A DNA stretch of 64,000 nucleotides from a bacterium (GCA_040756235.1 JBFLZG010000087.1:64001-128000); one strand, 5' to 3'; counted from the stretch's first letter, positions 27,908 through 37,455 are shown. Made by a program: numbers and translations. Notes: generated by a model from the sequence alone, not told the origin.

Positions 27908-29566
27908 ATGGAGAGACCTTATTCGATCAGCCCCGATGGGGAGAGGTTCCCCCTACCGACCGAAGACGATTATTCCAGGGAGTGGGAAAGGCTGCAAGGG
28001 CTGGCAGCGGAGCAGAGGCGCCTGGGCCGCCAGATCGTGGTCGTCGTGGGCATCGGCTTCGTCGGAGTGGTCATGGCTGCCGTGGTCGCCGACAGCGAAG
28101 ATGAGGAGGGGCGGCCCCGGAAATTTGTCCTGGGCATGCAGCGACCCAGCGCGAGGAGTTATTGGAAGATCCCGCTCTTGAACCGGGGCCTCTCGCCCGT
28201 GACCTCGGAAGATCCCCAGGTGGAGATTCTCATCCGGCGCTGCGTGCAGGAGAAGAAGACACTGCTGGGAACCTTCACTTATGAAGCCCTGCGGCTGGCT
28301 GACGTTGTCGTGGTGGACGTTCAGTGTGATTACACGAAGGAGGCTCTCGGTAACCTGCGGACGGGCAGCGTGGAGATGAAAGAGCTGGAGAAGGCCTTCG
28401 AGGTCATCGGCGAGAAGATTCCCCCCGAGGCGCTGGTGCTGATCGAGACCACGGTCGCTCCGGGCACCACGGAACAGGTCGCTTACCCGATCATCCGCAA
28501 GGCTTTCCGCAAGAGAGGGATCGCCGGAGAACCTCTTCTGGCGCACAGCTACGAGCGCGTGATGCCGGGGCGGCAATACGTGGACAGCGTCCGCAATTTC
28601 TGGAGAGTCTGCAGCGGGATCAACGACGAAGCCAAGCGACGGGTGACGGAGTTCCTCGATCAGGTGCTCAATACGCGGGAGTTTCCGCTCACGGTCCTCG
28701 ACCGGCCGGTGGAGAGCGAGACGGCCAAGATCGTCGAGAACAGCTTCCGGGCCACCCTCCTGGCTTTCATGGACGAGTGGTCTACGTTCGCGGAGCGCAA
28801 CGGGGTCGACATCATCAAAGTGATCGAAGCCATCAAGGTACGTCCGACGCACAAGAGCATCCTGTTCCCCGGACCCGGCATCGGGGGCTACTGCCTTCCC
28901 AAAGACGGCGGCCTGGGGATGTGGTCCTACAAACACATCTTCGGTTTCGAGGATTCGATCTTCAAGATCACCCCCGCGGCGATCGACATCAATGACACCC
29001 GGGCCCTGCACGTGGCCCAGCTCGTGCGGGATGCCCTGCGCAACATGAACCGCCCCCTGGCCGCTGCCGAAGTGCTCCTGCTCGGCGCTTCCTACCGTGA
29101 GGACGTGGGGGACACCCGCTACAGCGGTTCCGAGCTGGTGGTCCGCAAGCTGGCGGAGATGGGCGCGGAGCTCAGGGTCCACGATCCCTACGTGACGCAC
29201 TGGTGGGAGTTCGAGAAACAGGAGGAGTATCCCAGGCTGGGGTACAGTTGGGCCCGCTTCTTCCGCAATCAGGAGAAGCTCCGGCACATCCGCCTTTCCA
29301 ACGATCTCCAGGCGTCCTTTCGCGACGTGGATGCCGTCGTTTTTGCCGTGCGCCATCAGCCTTATCTCCACCTGGACCCCGACGAAGTCGTCGGCTGGGC
29401 GGGCAAGCCCATGGCCGTGATCGACTGCTTCGGCATTCTCGACGATCGCCAGATCCGGCGCTACTTCGAGCTGGGCTGCGAGGTGAAAGGCTTGGGGAGG
29501 GGACACGTGAAGCGCATCAAGGACAGCGTGCGGGACGCAAAGGAAAGGGGGGGCGCCCGCCAGTAG
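27908..29566 (+). CDS. nucleotide sugar dehydrogenase (UDP-glucose/GDP-mannose family)
   Basis: GIGFVG, ETTVAPGTT, YERVMPG, KIVENS, PGPGIGGYCLPKD, HDP. Confidence 0.92.
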   Translation: MERPYSISPDGERFPLPTEDDYSREWERLQGLAAEQRRLGRQIVVVVGIGFVGVVMAAVVADSEDEEGRPRKFVLGMQRPSARSYWKIPLLNRGLSPVTSEDPQVEILIRRCVQEKKTLLGTFTYEALRLADVVVVDVQCDYTKEALGNLRTGSVEMKELEKAFEVIGEKIPPEALVLIETTVAPGTTEQVAYPIIRKAFRKRGIAGEPLLAHSYERVMPGRQYVDSVRNFWRVCSGINDEAKRRVTEFLDQVLNTREFPLTVLDRPVESETAKIVENSFRATLLAFMDEWSTFAERNGVDIIKVIEAIKVRPTHKSILFPGPGIGGYCLPKDGGLGMWSYKHIFGFEDSIFKITPAAIDINDTRALHVAQLVRDALRNMNRPLAAAEVLLLGASYREDVGDTRYSGSELVVRKLAEMGAELRVHDPYVTHWWEFEKQEEYPRLGYSWARFFRNQEKLRHIRLSNDLQASFRDVDAVVFAVRHQPYLHLDPDEVVGWAGKPMAVIDCFGILDDRQIRRYFELGCEVKGLGRGHVKRIKDSVRDAKERGGARQ

Positions 29567-29732
29567 GAGCCTTCCGCCGTTCCAAGCGGGGGGCGTGCCA
29601 ACCGACGGGCCAAGAGCGTTGATGTCGCGAGCGAGCCCGTGAAGACTCGGTAGGGTGGAGAAAGCCGCAGGCGTGCCCACCAGAAGCGGAACACCCCGGG
29701 CAGTAGGATTGAGCACGGTGGGTGCCCCGCTT
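29550..29732 (+). ncRNA. candidate structured ncRNA (6S-like features)
   Basis: end-to-end pairing possible; internal CGAG-CCC...CTCG..GGG; GTGCCCACC...GCGG and CACGG segments recall the 6S 3' strand; the 5' strand looks incomplete. Confidence 0.35.
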
Positions 29733-29775
29733 CGATCGTCTCGGGCTGAAGCCCCTGCAACGCCCCGGGACCCTC

Positions 29776-29885
29776 TATTTTCCGTCACCCGGCCAAAGCC
29801 GGAGTCCAGAGCCTCCGGTCGTGCTTTGGGCCACCTTCTGGATCCCGGCTCCCACGCGCTGCGCACATGGGCCGGGATGACAAAT
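29776..29885. repeat. paired CGTC-type REP (inverted dimer)
   Basis: TATTTTCCGTCACCCGGCC...CTTCTGGATCCCGGCTC...GGGCCGGGATGAC, matching 19231-19356. Confidence 0.75.
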
Positions 29886-30110
29886 CGACTCGCCCTCGTG
29901 GGGCAAGGAGGCGGGGAGCCTGCCCCGGCGAAAGCCGGGGGCGGAACACCCACCGCCCTCCTCACCGGATCCCGGTAGGGTGCGAGCACGGCGATCCGAA
30001 GATCCGGGCGGAGAGCCCGGTTTGTCTTTTCGGCCTGCGTGCGCCTAAGATGCCCGCATGACTTCCCGCTTCGGGGCGTTGTCTGCCCGGTCTCTGAAAC
30101 GGTGGCCTCC

Positions 30111-32414
30111 GTGCCTGGGTTGCTTCTCGCGCTCGCAATGGGAGCACTGGGCGTCACTTTCGTGATCGCCCAGGTGCTCGGGTTCCGCGAGTTTCTGCTG
30201 GTATCCCAGGGGAACGAGCTCTCCATCGGAATCGTGTTGAGCATCTGGCTGGCCGCCGCGGCCCTGGGCTGCGCGATCGCCGCCAGGGGCTCGGACCGCT
30301 CCCAACGTCCGCTCGAAGTCTTCGTCTTGCTGCAGGTGCTTGCCTCGGCCGTGCTCCCGCTTGCGCTCGTTCTGATCCGGACGAGCCGGCAGATAGGGGG
30401 TTCCTCTTCCTGGGAAGCGGCCGACCTTCTGCAGATCATGTGGACCTCCCTGCTGCTGCTCGGTCCGGTCGCGGCGCTCGGCGGGGCTCTGTTCACTTAC
30501 GGTTGCCGCCTGCTGGTACAGGCAGACCGAAACGGCGGGGCCGGGGTCGCCTACATGTCCGAGGCGCTCGGTGGTGTCATCGGTGGGGGTCTCTTCAGCC
30601 TCTGGTGGATCGATCGCCTCGAGCCGATCGAGATCGCCCTCTCCGTGGGAATCCTCTGTCTCCTGTCATCGATGCTGCTCCTGACCCTCGATCCGTCCGC
30701 CAGCCGGTGCGGCTCCCGGCGCAGCCTGATCTGCCTGGCATCGGGTTCTCTGGTTGTCCTTTCCGGGGCGTGGATTTCCCCTGTGGCGGATCGCATCCAC
30801 ACCTGGGCCACTCGGGTGCGATGGAGCCCTCTGGAGCTCGTCGAAAGCACGGAGTCGGTTTACGGGAACATCACGGTGCTCAGACTGGACGGGCAGACGA
30901 CCTTTGCGCAGAACGGAATCCCTTCCATCTCGACTCCTGTGCCGAACTGGGCCGGCATCGAGGAACGGGTCCACCTGCCGTTACTCGCCCTCGAGGACCC
31001 GAAAGACGTCCTCATGGTCGGCGGCGGTCTCGGCGGCGGTCTGGCCGAAGCGCTGAAGCACCCGCTGCAAAGCCTCGTGTACGTGGAATTGGATCCCAAG
31101 TTGATCCGCGCGGTCGAGAAGCACGGCGGGCCTCTGGTCGAATCGGAGCTCGGCGACCCGCGCACCCGGGTGGTTTACCAGGACGGGCGCTTCTTCGTAC
31201 GGGAGAGCCGCGAGCGCTTCGATGCGATCCTGGTCCTGCTCCCGGACCCGTCGACGCTGCAGTTGAACCGATTTTTCACGGTCGAATTCTTCCAGGCCGC
31301 GAGGGCTCATCTCAAGGCCGGCGGCATCTTCGCCTTTTCCCTGCCCGGCTCTTCATCGTACCTCGGTCGGGAAGCGCTTCTGGTGAACCGGTGCGTCCGG
31401 GACAGCCTCGCGCGGGCCTTCCCCTTCGTTCGCATCCTCCCGGGTGAACGGAATGCTTTTCTCGCTTCCGCAGATCGGGAACTGAGCACCCTGGCGCCGC
31501 CTCTGCTCGCGGACCGAATCGAGGCGCGCCGCCTCGAGCTGCGCGCGCTGGGCCCCGCCTCTCTCTCTTATCTGATGGACCCGTTGCGCGAGCAGTGGAT
31601 TCAGGAGGGGCTCGAGTCGATCGGGGCCGGCGCCGCTCGCGTCAACCGGGACTTCTTTCCCATCCTCACCCGCCACTTCACGGCCCTGCAGCAGGCGGAG
31701 CTGCGGAGCAGGCCCGGTGAACGCCTTCTCCTGCCGGAGGGGTTGGCCTCGAAAGCGGCTCTGGCCGGGGCTGCGGTCCTGAGCGTTGCCCTGCTGTCGT
31801 GGATGCTCGTGCGGAAGGGACGCAGAGGGCCGGCCCTCTCGTTTGCCATCTTCACCAGCGGTCTTGCCGGCATGGCCGTGGAGATGGTCGGCTTGCTCTC
31901 GTTTCAGTCCGTCTGCGGGTATCTCTACCACTGGCTCGGGCTGCTCGTCGCCGGCTTCATGGCCGGGCTTGCAGTGGGAGCCGAAGCCATGAACCGGCGG
32001 CTCGAAGACATGCGTGCGGCCGGGAGGGGCTACGGAATCTTTGTCCTTCTGGAGACGGCTCAGATCGGCTATTTGCTGCTGCTGGCCGCGGCCGTGATCC
32101 TGCTCCAGCAGGGCTTTCTGGAGAGCCAGGCAGCTTCGGTCGTGGGCCGGGCCGCATTTGCAGGAGTCCTGTTCATGGCCGGAGCGCTCGTGGGAAGCGA
32201 GTTCCCTCTGGCCCATCAGGAGAGTGCAGGCAGAGAGCCGGCGCCGGGCTCCGGGAGGGCCGGAAGACTGTACGGCCTCGATCTGGCCGGAGCGTGTATC
32301 GGAACCGCTCTGGTGGGCGTGTTCCTGGTGCCTGTCATGGGCGTCGTGCGGGTTCTGCTCCTGACCGCCGGGCTGAAAGGGCTGAGCTTGCTCCTGCTGG
32401 GCCGCGCCCGATAG
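30111..32414 (+). CDS. membrane protein with a spermidine-synthase-like SAM domain (fused MFS/spermidine synthase family)
   Basis: TM block, ESVYGNI, VGGGLGGG, VELDP, DGR, NRFFTVEFF, C-terminal TM block with DLAG; start uncertain. Confidence 0.85.
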   Translation: MPGLLLALAMGALGVTFVIAQVLGFREFLLVSQGNELSIGIVLSIWLAAAALGCAIAARGSDRSQRPLEVFVLLQVLASAVLPLALVLIRTSRQIGGSSSWEAADLLQIMWTSLLLLGPVAALGGALFTYGCRLLVQADRNGGAGVAYMSEALGGVIGGGLFSLWWIDRLEPIEIALSVGILCLLSSMLLLTLDPSASRCGSRRSLICLASGSLVVLSGAWISPVADRIHTWATRVRWSPLELVESTESVYGNITVLRLDGQTTFAQNGIPSISTPVPNWAGIEERVHLPLLALEDPKDVLMVGGGLGGGLAEALKHPLQSLVYVELDPKLIRAVEKHGGPLVESELGDPRTRVVYQDGRFFVRESRERFDAILVLLPDPSTLQLNRFFTVEFFQAARAHLKAGGIFAFSLPGSSSYLGREALLVNRCVRDSLARAFPFVRILPGERNAFLASADRELSTLAPPLLADRIEARRLELRALGPASLSYLMDPLREQWIQEGLESIGAGAARVNRDFFPILTRHFTALQQAELRSRPGERLLLPEGLASKAALAGAAVLSVALLSWMLVRKGRRGPALSFAIFTSGLAGMAVEMVGLLSFQSVCGYLYHWLGLLVAGFMAGLAVGAEAMNRRLEDMRAAGRGYGIFVLLETAQIGYLLLLAAAVILLQQGFLESQAASVVGRAAFAGVLFMAGALVGSEFPLAHQESAGREPAPGSGRAGRLYGLDLAGACIGTALVGVFLVPVMGVVRVLLLTAGLKGLSLLLLGRAR

Positions 32415-32577
32415 AGGCTGTCCAATAACGCCCATCTGCGGCGTTCGGCTCGTGGGGTAAGGAGGCCCGGGGGAAGCCTGCCCCGGCGCAAGCCGGGGTC
32501 ATTGCGGCGTACTTCATGTACGCCTCATTCCTCAGGACTTCGCCGGCCTTGCATCTGGGCATTCTTGAACAGCCTCT
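32413..32577. repeat. MITE-like hairpin element, copy E (opposite orientation, REP-like insert)
   Basis: AGAGGCTGTCCAATAACGCCCATCTGC ... GCATCTGGGCATTCTTGAACAGCCTCT. Confidence 0.85.
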
Positions 32578-32676
32578 CACTTCAGGGCTGTCGGAACAGG
32601 CGCCCCATGGGCGAAAGTGGAAGTGAAAGGCGAAAGCAAGAGTCAGGATAGAAAAACAGCTCGTCCAGCTTCTGCT

Positions 32677-33324
32677 TCACCCTTTCCCTTTGACCTTTGC
32701 ACTTGTCTGCGGCCTGGCAAAGGCGGCGAGCAGCGTGTAACCCGCATCGATCGCGTGGAATTCGACCTCCACCCGGGCCCGCCTGCGAAGGACGCGCAAC
32801 GTCTCCTCCCAGTTGGCGTAGCTGTCCACGACGAGCTCCTCGCCCGTGGAGCGCGTGTAGCGCATGCAGCTCCCTCCCGGATAGCGGTCGGGCGGCACGC
32901 CGGATCGATCCCAGCCGGCCAGACCGAGAGTGCCTCCGGGCCTCAAGACGCGCACCAGGTCTGCGATCCACTGTTCGACGTCGCGGATGTGGTCGACCAG
33001 GAGGCCGCACCATATGAAATCGAAGGAGCGCGCGCGGAAAGGAAGGCACCGGGCGTCCAGGCAGACCGGGCGGCAGCCATACCGGTCCGCAATCAAGGAG
33101 AGCATCTCCCGGATGAGATCCGCGCTCACCACCAGCGGGGCCTGGTCCGGTCGGAGCACGGGTCGCGGGCCGCATCCCAAGTCGAGGATCGAACGCGGCT
33201 TCCGGTCGTTGATGCGGGCGCGCACGAGTTCCCGCTGCTTCCGGAGGCACCCGGCCGTGATCGGATGGTGGACCGGGTCCGCGTACTCTTCCCAGACCTT
33301 CCCGTAGAATTCCCGGACGTCCAC
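32677..33324 (-). CDS. class I SAM-dependent methyltransferase
   Basis: ILDLGCG, LPFRARSFD, RVLRPGG; GAGGAGG RBS. Confidence 0.85.
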   Translation of the reverse strand: MDVREFYGKVWEEYADPVHHPITAGCLRKQRELVRARINDRKPRSILDLGCGPRPVLRPDQAPLVVSADLIREMLSLIADRYGCRPVCLDARCLPFRARSFDFIWCGLLVDHIRDVEQWIADLVRVLRPGGTLGLAGWDRSGVPPDRYPGGSCMRYTRSTGEELVVDSYANWEETLRVLRRRARVEVEFHAIDAGYTLLAAFARPQTSAKVKGKG

Positions 33325-33371
33325 CGCGCGCCCCTCCTCTCATGAGAGCATGCCGAAGGACACACTCTTAA

Positions 33372-33529
33372 GAGGCCGGTGAGAAATGGCCAGATGCAAG
33401 GCGCGCGAAATCCTGAGGAACGAGGCGTAGCCGGGACAGCCGTGGACCCCGGCCTCCGCCGGGGCGGGCTCCCCCCGGCTCCGTCCTCCATGAGCGCAAC
33501 GCCGCAGATGGCCGTTTGTCGACAGCCTC
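33372..33529. repeat. MITE-like hairpin element, copy F (same insert type as copy A)
   Basis: GAGGCCGGTGAGAAATGGCC ... GGCCGTTTGTCGACAGCCTC. Confidence 0.85.
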
Positions 33530-34457
33530 ATGAGAGTATGCCGATCCAGGCGGCCAATGTCAGGGGTGACAGAGCCGTGGTGGCCACGACGATGGCCGAA
33601 GCCAGGTTTTCGTCGCCGCCCATTTCCCGGGCCATGATGAAGCTGGTGACGGCCGTAGGCGAGCCCAGGAGGACGACGGCCATGACCAGAGAAGGAGTGG
33701 GCACGCCCGCCCTGACCAGGAAGAGCCATACCAGCGCTGGCAGCAAGACGAGCTTGAGGAACGCTGCCAGCAGGACCAAACCCATTCTGCGCGGCGCGGA
33801 CGAACCGCCGAGGGAACCCCCGACCGTGAGCAGGGCCAGTGGCAGGGTAGGGGCTGCCAGGTCTCTCAGGATGCGCGTGAGGGTGCCGGACAGCTCCCAG
33901 GTCGAAGCCGAGAAGGCCACTCCCAGAGCGCAGCCCAGAACGATCGGGTTGAGCGCAAGGCTCGCACCGATCCGCTTCCAGCTCGAGAAATCTCTCAGGG
34001 AGTGGTGGGGCAAGAGCAGGAAAAGGACCATCAGGAGGTTGATCATGAAGGCCTGAAAGGCGATGAAGACGGCGGCCTTTCCGAGGATCGGCTCCCCATA
34101 CAGGTTTAACAGGATCGCGAGCCCCACGAAGGCGAGATTGGAGCGGGACGCTCCCTGGGTGAGCACGCCGCGCTGAGCGGGAACGAGCCAGCGGGCGGTT
34201 GCGAGAAAGATCACGGTGCTGAAGAGCCCTACCGCGGCGAGGCTCCAGAGGATCAGGGCAGGATCGAAAGAGACGGAAAGGCGGGTCTCGGCGACTCCCA
34301 GGAACATGAGCGGCGGCAGGAGCACGTAGAAGACCAGCCGGGTGAGAGAGCGGACCGCGCTCTCGCTCAGAAACCCGGTTCGCCGAAGCAGGAAGCCGAG
34401 CCCCACGAGAAAGAACACCGGTACGACTTGCATGAGGGTCGGGAAAAAGGAGCTCAT
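33528..34457 (-). CDS. AEC (auxin efflux carrier/malate permease) family transporter
   Basis: ~10 TM, VFYVLLP, SNLAFVG, NPIV, SPTAV. Confidence 0.88.
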   Translation of the reverse strand: MSSFFPTLMQVVPVFFLVGLGFLLRRTGFLSESAVRSLTRLVFYVLLPPLMFLGVAETRLSVSFDPALILWSLAAVGLFSTVIFLATARWLVPAQRGVLTQGASRSNLAFVGLAILLNLYGEPILGKAAVFIAFQAFMINLLMVLFLLLPHHSLRDFSSWKRIGASLALNPIVLGCALGVAFSASTWELSGTLTRILRDLAAPTLPLALLTVGGSLGGSSAPRRMGLVLLAAFLKLVLLPALVWLFLVRAGVPTPSLVMAVVLLGSPTAVTSFIMAREMGGDENLASAIVVATTALSPLTLAAWIGILS

Positions 34458-34611
34458 CCTCCTCACCTGCTCGGGCCCGTGCACCGAGGGATTATACTGC
34501 CGCGGCATCGGAAAACAATCGGTGTCTGCGGGCGATCGTTGAGGCACAACACTCGGGCCGGTGGACGCCCGTATGTCCTGGAGAGTCGACCGGACCCGCT
34601 GTAGAATGGGA

Positions 34612-34823
34612 CAGGTGTCGGGTTTCAGGTATCAGGTTTCAGCACCGAGCCCCCGCGTCCACCCGGGGGCAGGCAGACAAGAGGATTTGGGAGGCGGGGC
34701 ATGGGTGGGGGCTGATGCCTGACACCTGGAGCCGGAGAACCGGGACCAGCGGCGAGGCCGACGCGTATTCCCGAGGGGCGGGTTGGGGTGGCCTGACAGC
34801 TGACACCTAATACCTGATACCTG
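34612..34823. repeat. inverted heptamer tandem arrays (CAGGTNT / CTGANAC)
   Basis: 34612-34642, 34713-34728 and 34793-34823. Confidence 0.7.
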
Positions 34824-34833
34824 GGGCTAGGCC

Positions 34834-35700
34834 TTGAGCGAATGCGTGGCTCCTGAATTCCTTTCGATCGGACACGTGACCCACGATCTGTCGGGCCGGG
34901 AGGTCCGCCTCGGGGGGGCGGCGCTGTACGCTTCCATTACGGCCCGCCGGCTCGGCAAGGAGGCCGCCCTGCTGACCTCCTTCGGCCCCGACTTCGGCGG
35001 CCGGGCGATACTCGAAGGGATTCGGACGAAGGTGGTTGGCGCCCCGTGCACCTCCACTTTCCGCAACGTATACCGGGGAGGGGAGCGATTCCAGAGCGTA
35101 CATGCCGTGGCCTCGACCCTCGACCTCCGGGGGCTTCCCTCGGGCTGGAAGAAAGCCGATCTCGTCTACCTGTGCCCCGTGCTCCACGAGATCCCGATGG
35201 CAGCCGGGGAGCGCTTTCCCGCATCCAGGATCGGCGTGGCCCCCCAGGGATGGCTGAGGGCCTGGGATGGAACGGGCAGGATCCGGTTCAGAAGATGGGA
35301 ACGGTTCGAACGGCTTCTCGAGCGGGCGACCCTGGTCATCGTGAGCGAAAAGGACGTCGAAGGGGATCCCGCCCTGGTGGACGCTTTCCGCAGCCTGGCC
35401 CCCATCTGCATCGTGACGAGGGCCGAAAAGGGGGCCTTCATCCATGCCGCCGGGCAGACGCTGCACGTGGGCGCCTACCCGGCCGCGGAGAGAGACCCGA
35501 CGGGCGCGGGCGACTGCTTCGGAGCCGCTTTTCTCATCCGCTACGCGACGACTGGGAACATCGAAGAGGCGGGCCGCTTCGCCGCGTGCGTGGGTGCCTT
35601 CGTGGTCGAAGGGGAAGGGGTGGCAGGCATCCCGGATCACGAGGCCGTGATCGCGCGCATGCGTAGCCACCCGGTTGCCGGCAGCCGGCCGCCCCGCTGA
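34834..35700 (+). CDS. PfkB family carbohydrate kinase
   Basis: GHVTHD, GGAALY, PQGW, DPTGAGDCF. Confidence 0.9.
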   Translation: MSECVAPEFLSIGHVTHDLSGREVRLGGAALYASITARRLGKEAALLTSFGPDFGGRAILEGIRTKVVGAPCTSTFRNVYRGGERFQSVHAVASTLDLRGLPSGWKKADLVYLCPVLHEIPMAAGERFPASRIGVAPQGWLRAWDGTGRIRFRRWERFERLLERATLVIVSEKDVEGDPALVDAFRSLAPICIVTRAEKGAFIHAAGQTLHVGAYPAAERDPTGAGDCFGAAFLIRYATTGNIEEAGRFAACVGAFVVEGEGVAGIPDHEAVIARMRSHPVAGSRPPR

Positions 35701-35703
35701 GAA

Positions 35704-35828
35704 CGGTTGCCAGTTCTCAGTTGTCAGTCGTCAGTGAGAAGAGCCCCCGTCTCGCACGACCCCGTTGCCCCGGAGTCGGTTATCTCGTTTTCGGTCTCGG
35801 GGCACGGGGGAGGCCTGACAACTGACGG
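35704..35828. repeat. inverted heptamer arrays enclosing a GC hairpin
   Basis: CGGTTGC CAGTTCT CAGTTGT CAGTCGT ... CTGACAA CTGACGG. Confidence 0.6.
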
Positions 35829-35838
35829 CCCAGCCTTT

Positions 35839-37455
35839 TTAATGGAATTCCCACTCGATAAACGGCTCCTTCAGCTCCGTCAGCGAGTTGGCGATCAGCT
35901 CCACGAGCCCGCCGTACAGGATCTTGCACCTGTCCCAGGCTTCGTAGTGGGTGAGCAGATCCCTCATCTGGCCCTTGCAGTTGGAGCACGGGGCGCACAC
36001 GTACTTGGGCGTCTCCGGGCCGATCTTGTCCTGAAAGGCGTTGAGGATCTGCTTGAGCTTCATCCGCCCGGCGATCTTGTTGCGCCAACCCGGGAAATTG
36101 CCGCCCTGCATGATGGCGAAGCCGCTGCCGCCGCCGCAGCAGTAGTTGTCCACACCGTGAGGGGTCATCTCCCGGAACTGCGGACAGATCTTGTTGAGGA
36201 TGCGCCGCTGCGGCATGACGATCCCCATGTTTCGGACGATGTTGCAGGGATCGTGGAGGGTCACGGGGAAATCGTTCCGTGACGGGTCGGTCTTGAGCTT
36301 CCCGTTGCAGACCAGGTCCTCGAGAACCGGGAAGCAGCTTTCCCTGGGTATGTTCAGATCTCCCAGGAAGATGCGGTCCGAGATCGGCATGAACGCCTTG
36401 TGGGCATGGCCGCACTCGCCCTGAAGCACCTTCTTGACCTTCAGCTTCTTGGCGATCTGGGCGTGGGTCAGCGCGATCCGGGCGAGCTGAACGTCGTCGT
36501 AGAAGAGCCCGTAGTTGACGGAGTCGTAACCCACGAGATCGCTGGACATGGTCCAGCTCACGCCGGCCAGCTCGAAAATGATGGCAAAGGCCTGCAGGTT
36601 TTCCGGCCACGAGAGGAATTCACCGGCGTTGTGCATGACCAGGTACTCGGCCCCTTCCTTGTCGAAGGGGATCTTGATGGTCATGCCGAACTTGTCCTGG
36701 ATGTCTTCCTCGGCAAACTCGATGATGTCCATCAGGGCCGTCGGGCTCATGCCGGTGGAGGACCCTGTCTTGAGCTGCTTGACCGTGCCGGAGCCATGGA
36801 GCTCTTCGACCTGGATGCCCAGCTCCTGGCTGAAAAGCTTGCGGATCTCCCGAGCGATCAGTCCGTTGTCCACGCCGATCGGGCAGGTCTGGGCGCAGCG
36901 CCTGCAGAGGTTGCACCGGTAGGCGCTCTCGGCAAGCCGGGCGAGCGTCTCCCAGTTCAGATCCACGTCGTTGCCCCGGAACTTGGGGAAGACCTTTCCG
37001 CCCGGCTTCAGGTACTTGTTGATGATCCTGCGGAGAGCCTCGGAGCGGAAGGTGGGCCGGTAGATCTCTGCCCGCCCGCTGGCCTCGTAGATGTGGCAGG
37101 CGTCGTTGCAGGTCTGGCACTTCACGCAGTTCTCCATGGAGAGCAGGAGCGGCTGGAGGAAGGTCCAGTTGTTCTCTTTGGAAAGGAGCTTTCCCAGCCC
37201 TTCCAGGAAGTTGGCCACCGCCTTTTCGGCTTCTTCCTGGGTGGCAGGCTTGGGGATCCCGGCCGCCGAAACCCCGTCCAGAGAGTGCTCGATTCGCTTC
37301 TTCCGCTCCCCTCCGAGTTGCTCCATTTCGCCGTCGTCCCAGTCCTCGTAAGGATGGGGCAGCTTCATGAAGTCCTTGGGATCCAGCTCCACCAGAGGCT
37401 CGGATCCGGAAGATTTCGACAGGTCACGTATTCTCGTTTGTTGCGCGGACTTCAT
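35839..37455 (-). CDS. DsrK/HdrD-like Fe-S protein with CCG domain
   Basis: CVKCQTCNDAC, CNLCRRCAQTC, ECGH, HDPC, CCGGG, PCSNC; overlaps the upstream cytochrome b gene. Confidence 0.88.
   Translation of the reverse strand: MKSAQQTRIRDLSKSSGSEPLVELDPKDFMKLPHPYEDWDDGEMEQLGGERKKRIEHSLDGVSAAGIPKPATQEEAEKAVANFLEGLGKLLSKENNWTFLQPLLLSMENCVKCQTCNDACHIYEASGRAEIYRPTFRSEALRRIINKYLKPGGKVFPKFRGNDVDLNWETLARLAESAYRCNLCRRCAQTCPIGVDNGLIAREIRKLFSQELGIQVEELHGSGTVKQLKTGSSTGMSPTALMDIIEFAEEDIQDKFGMTIKIPFDKEGAEYLVMHNAGEFLSWPENLQAFAIIFELAGVSWTMSSDLVGYDSVNYGLFYDDVQLARIALTHAQIAKKLKVKKVLQGECGHAHKAFMPISDRIFLGDLNIPRESCFPVLEDLVCNGKLKTDPSRNDFPVTLHDPCNIVRNMGIVMPQRRILNKICPQFREMTPHGVDNYCCGGGSGFAIMQGGNFPGWRNKIAGRMKLKQILNAFQDKIGPETPKYVCAPCSNCKGQMRDLLTHYEAWDRCKILYGGLVELIANSLTELKEPFIEWEFH

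Noticed and set aside
29600..29660. glmS or twister ribozyme match
   Set aside because: Only superficial (AGCG, TTGA, AGCCC, AGGG); conserved cores and spacing do not fit
5224..33529. Hairpin repeats as CRISPR array, attC sites or autonomous IS
   Set aside because: Copies are dispersed, with no spacers, cas genes, integrase or transposase ORF in the window
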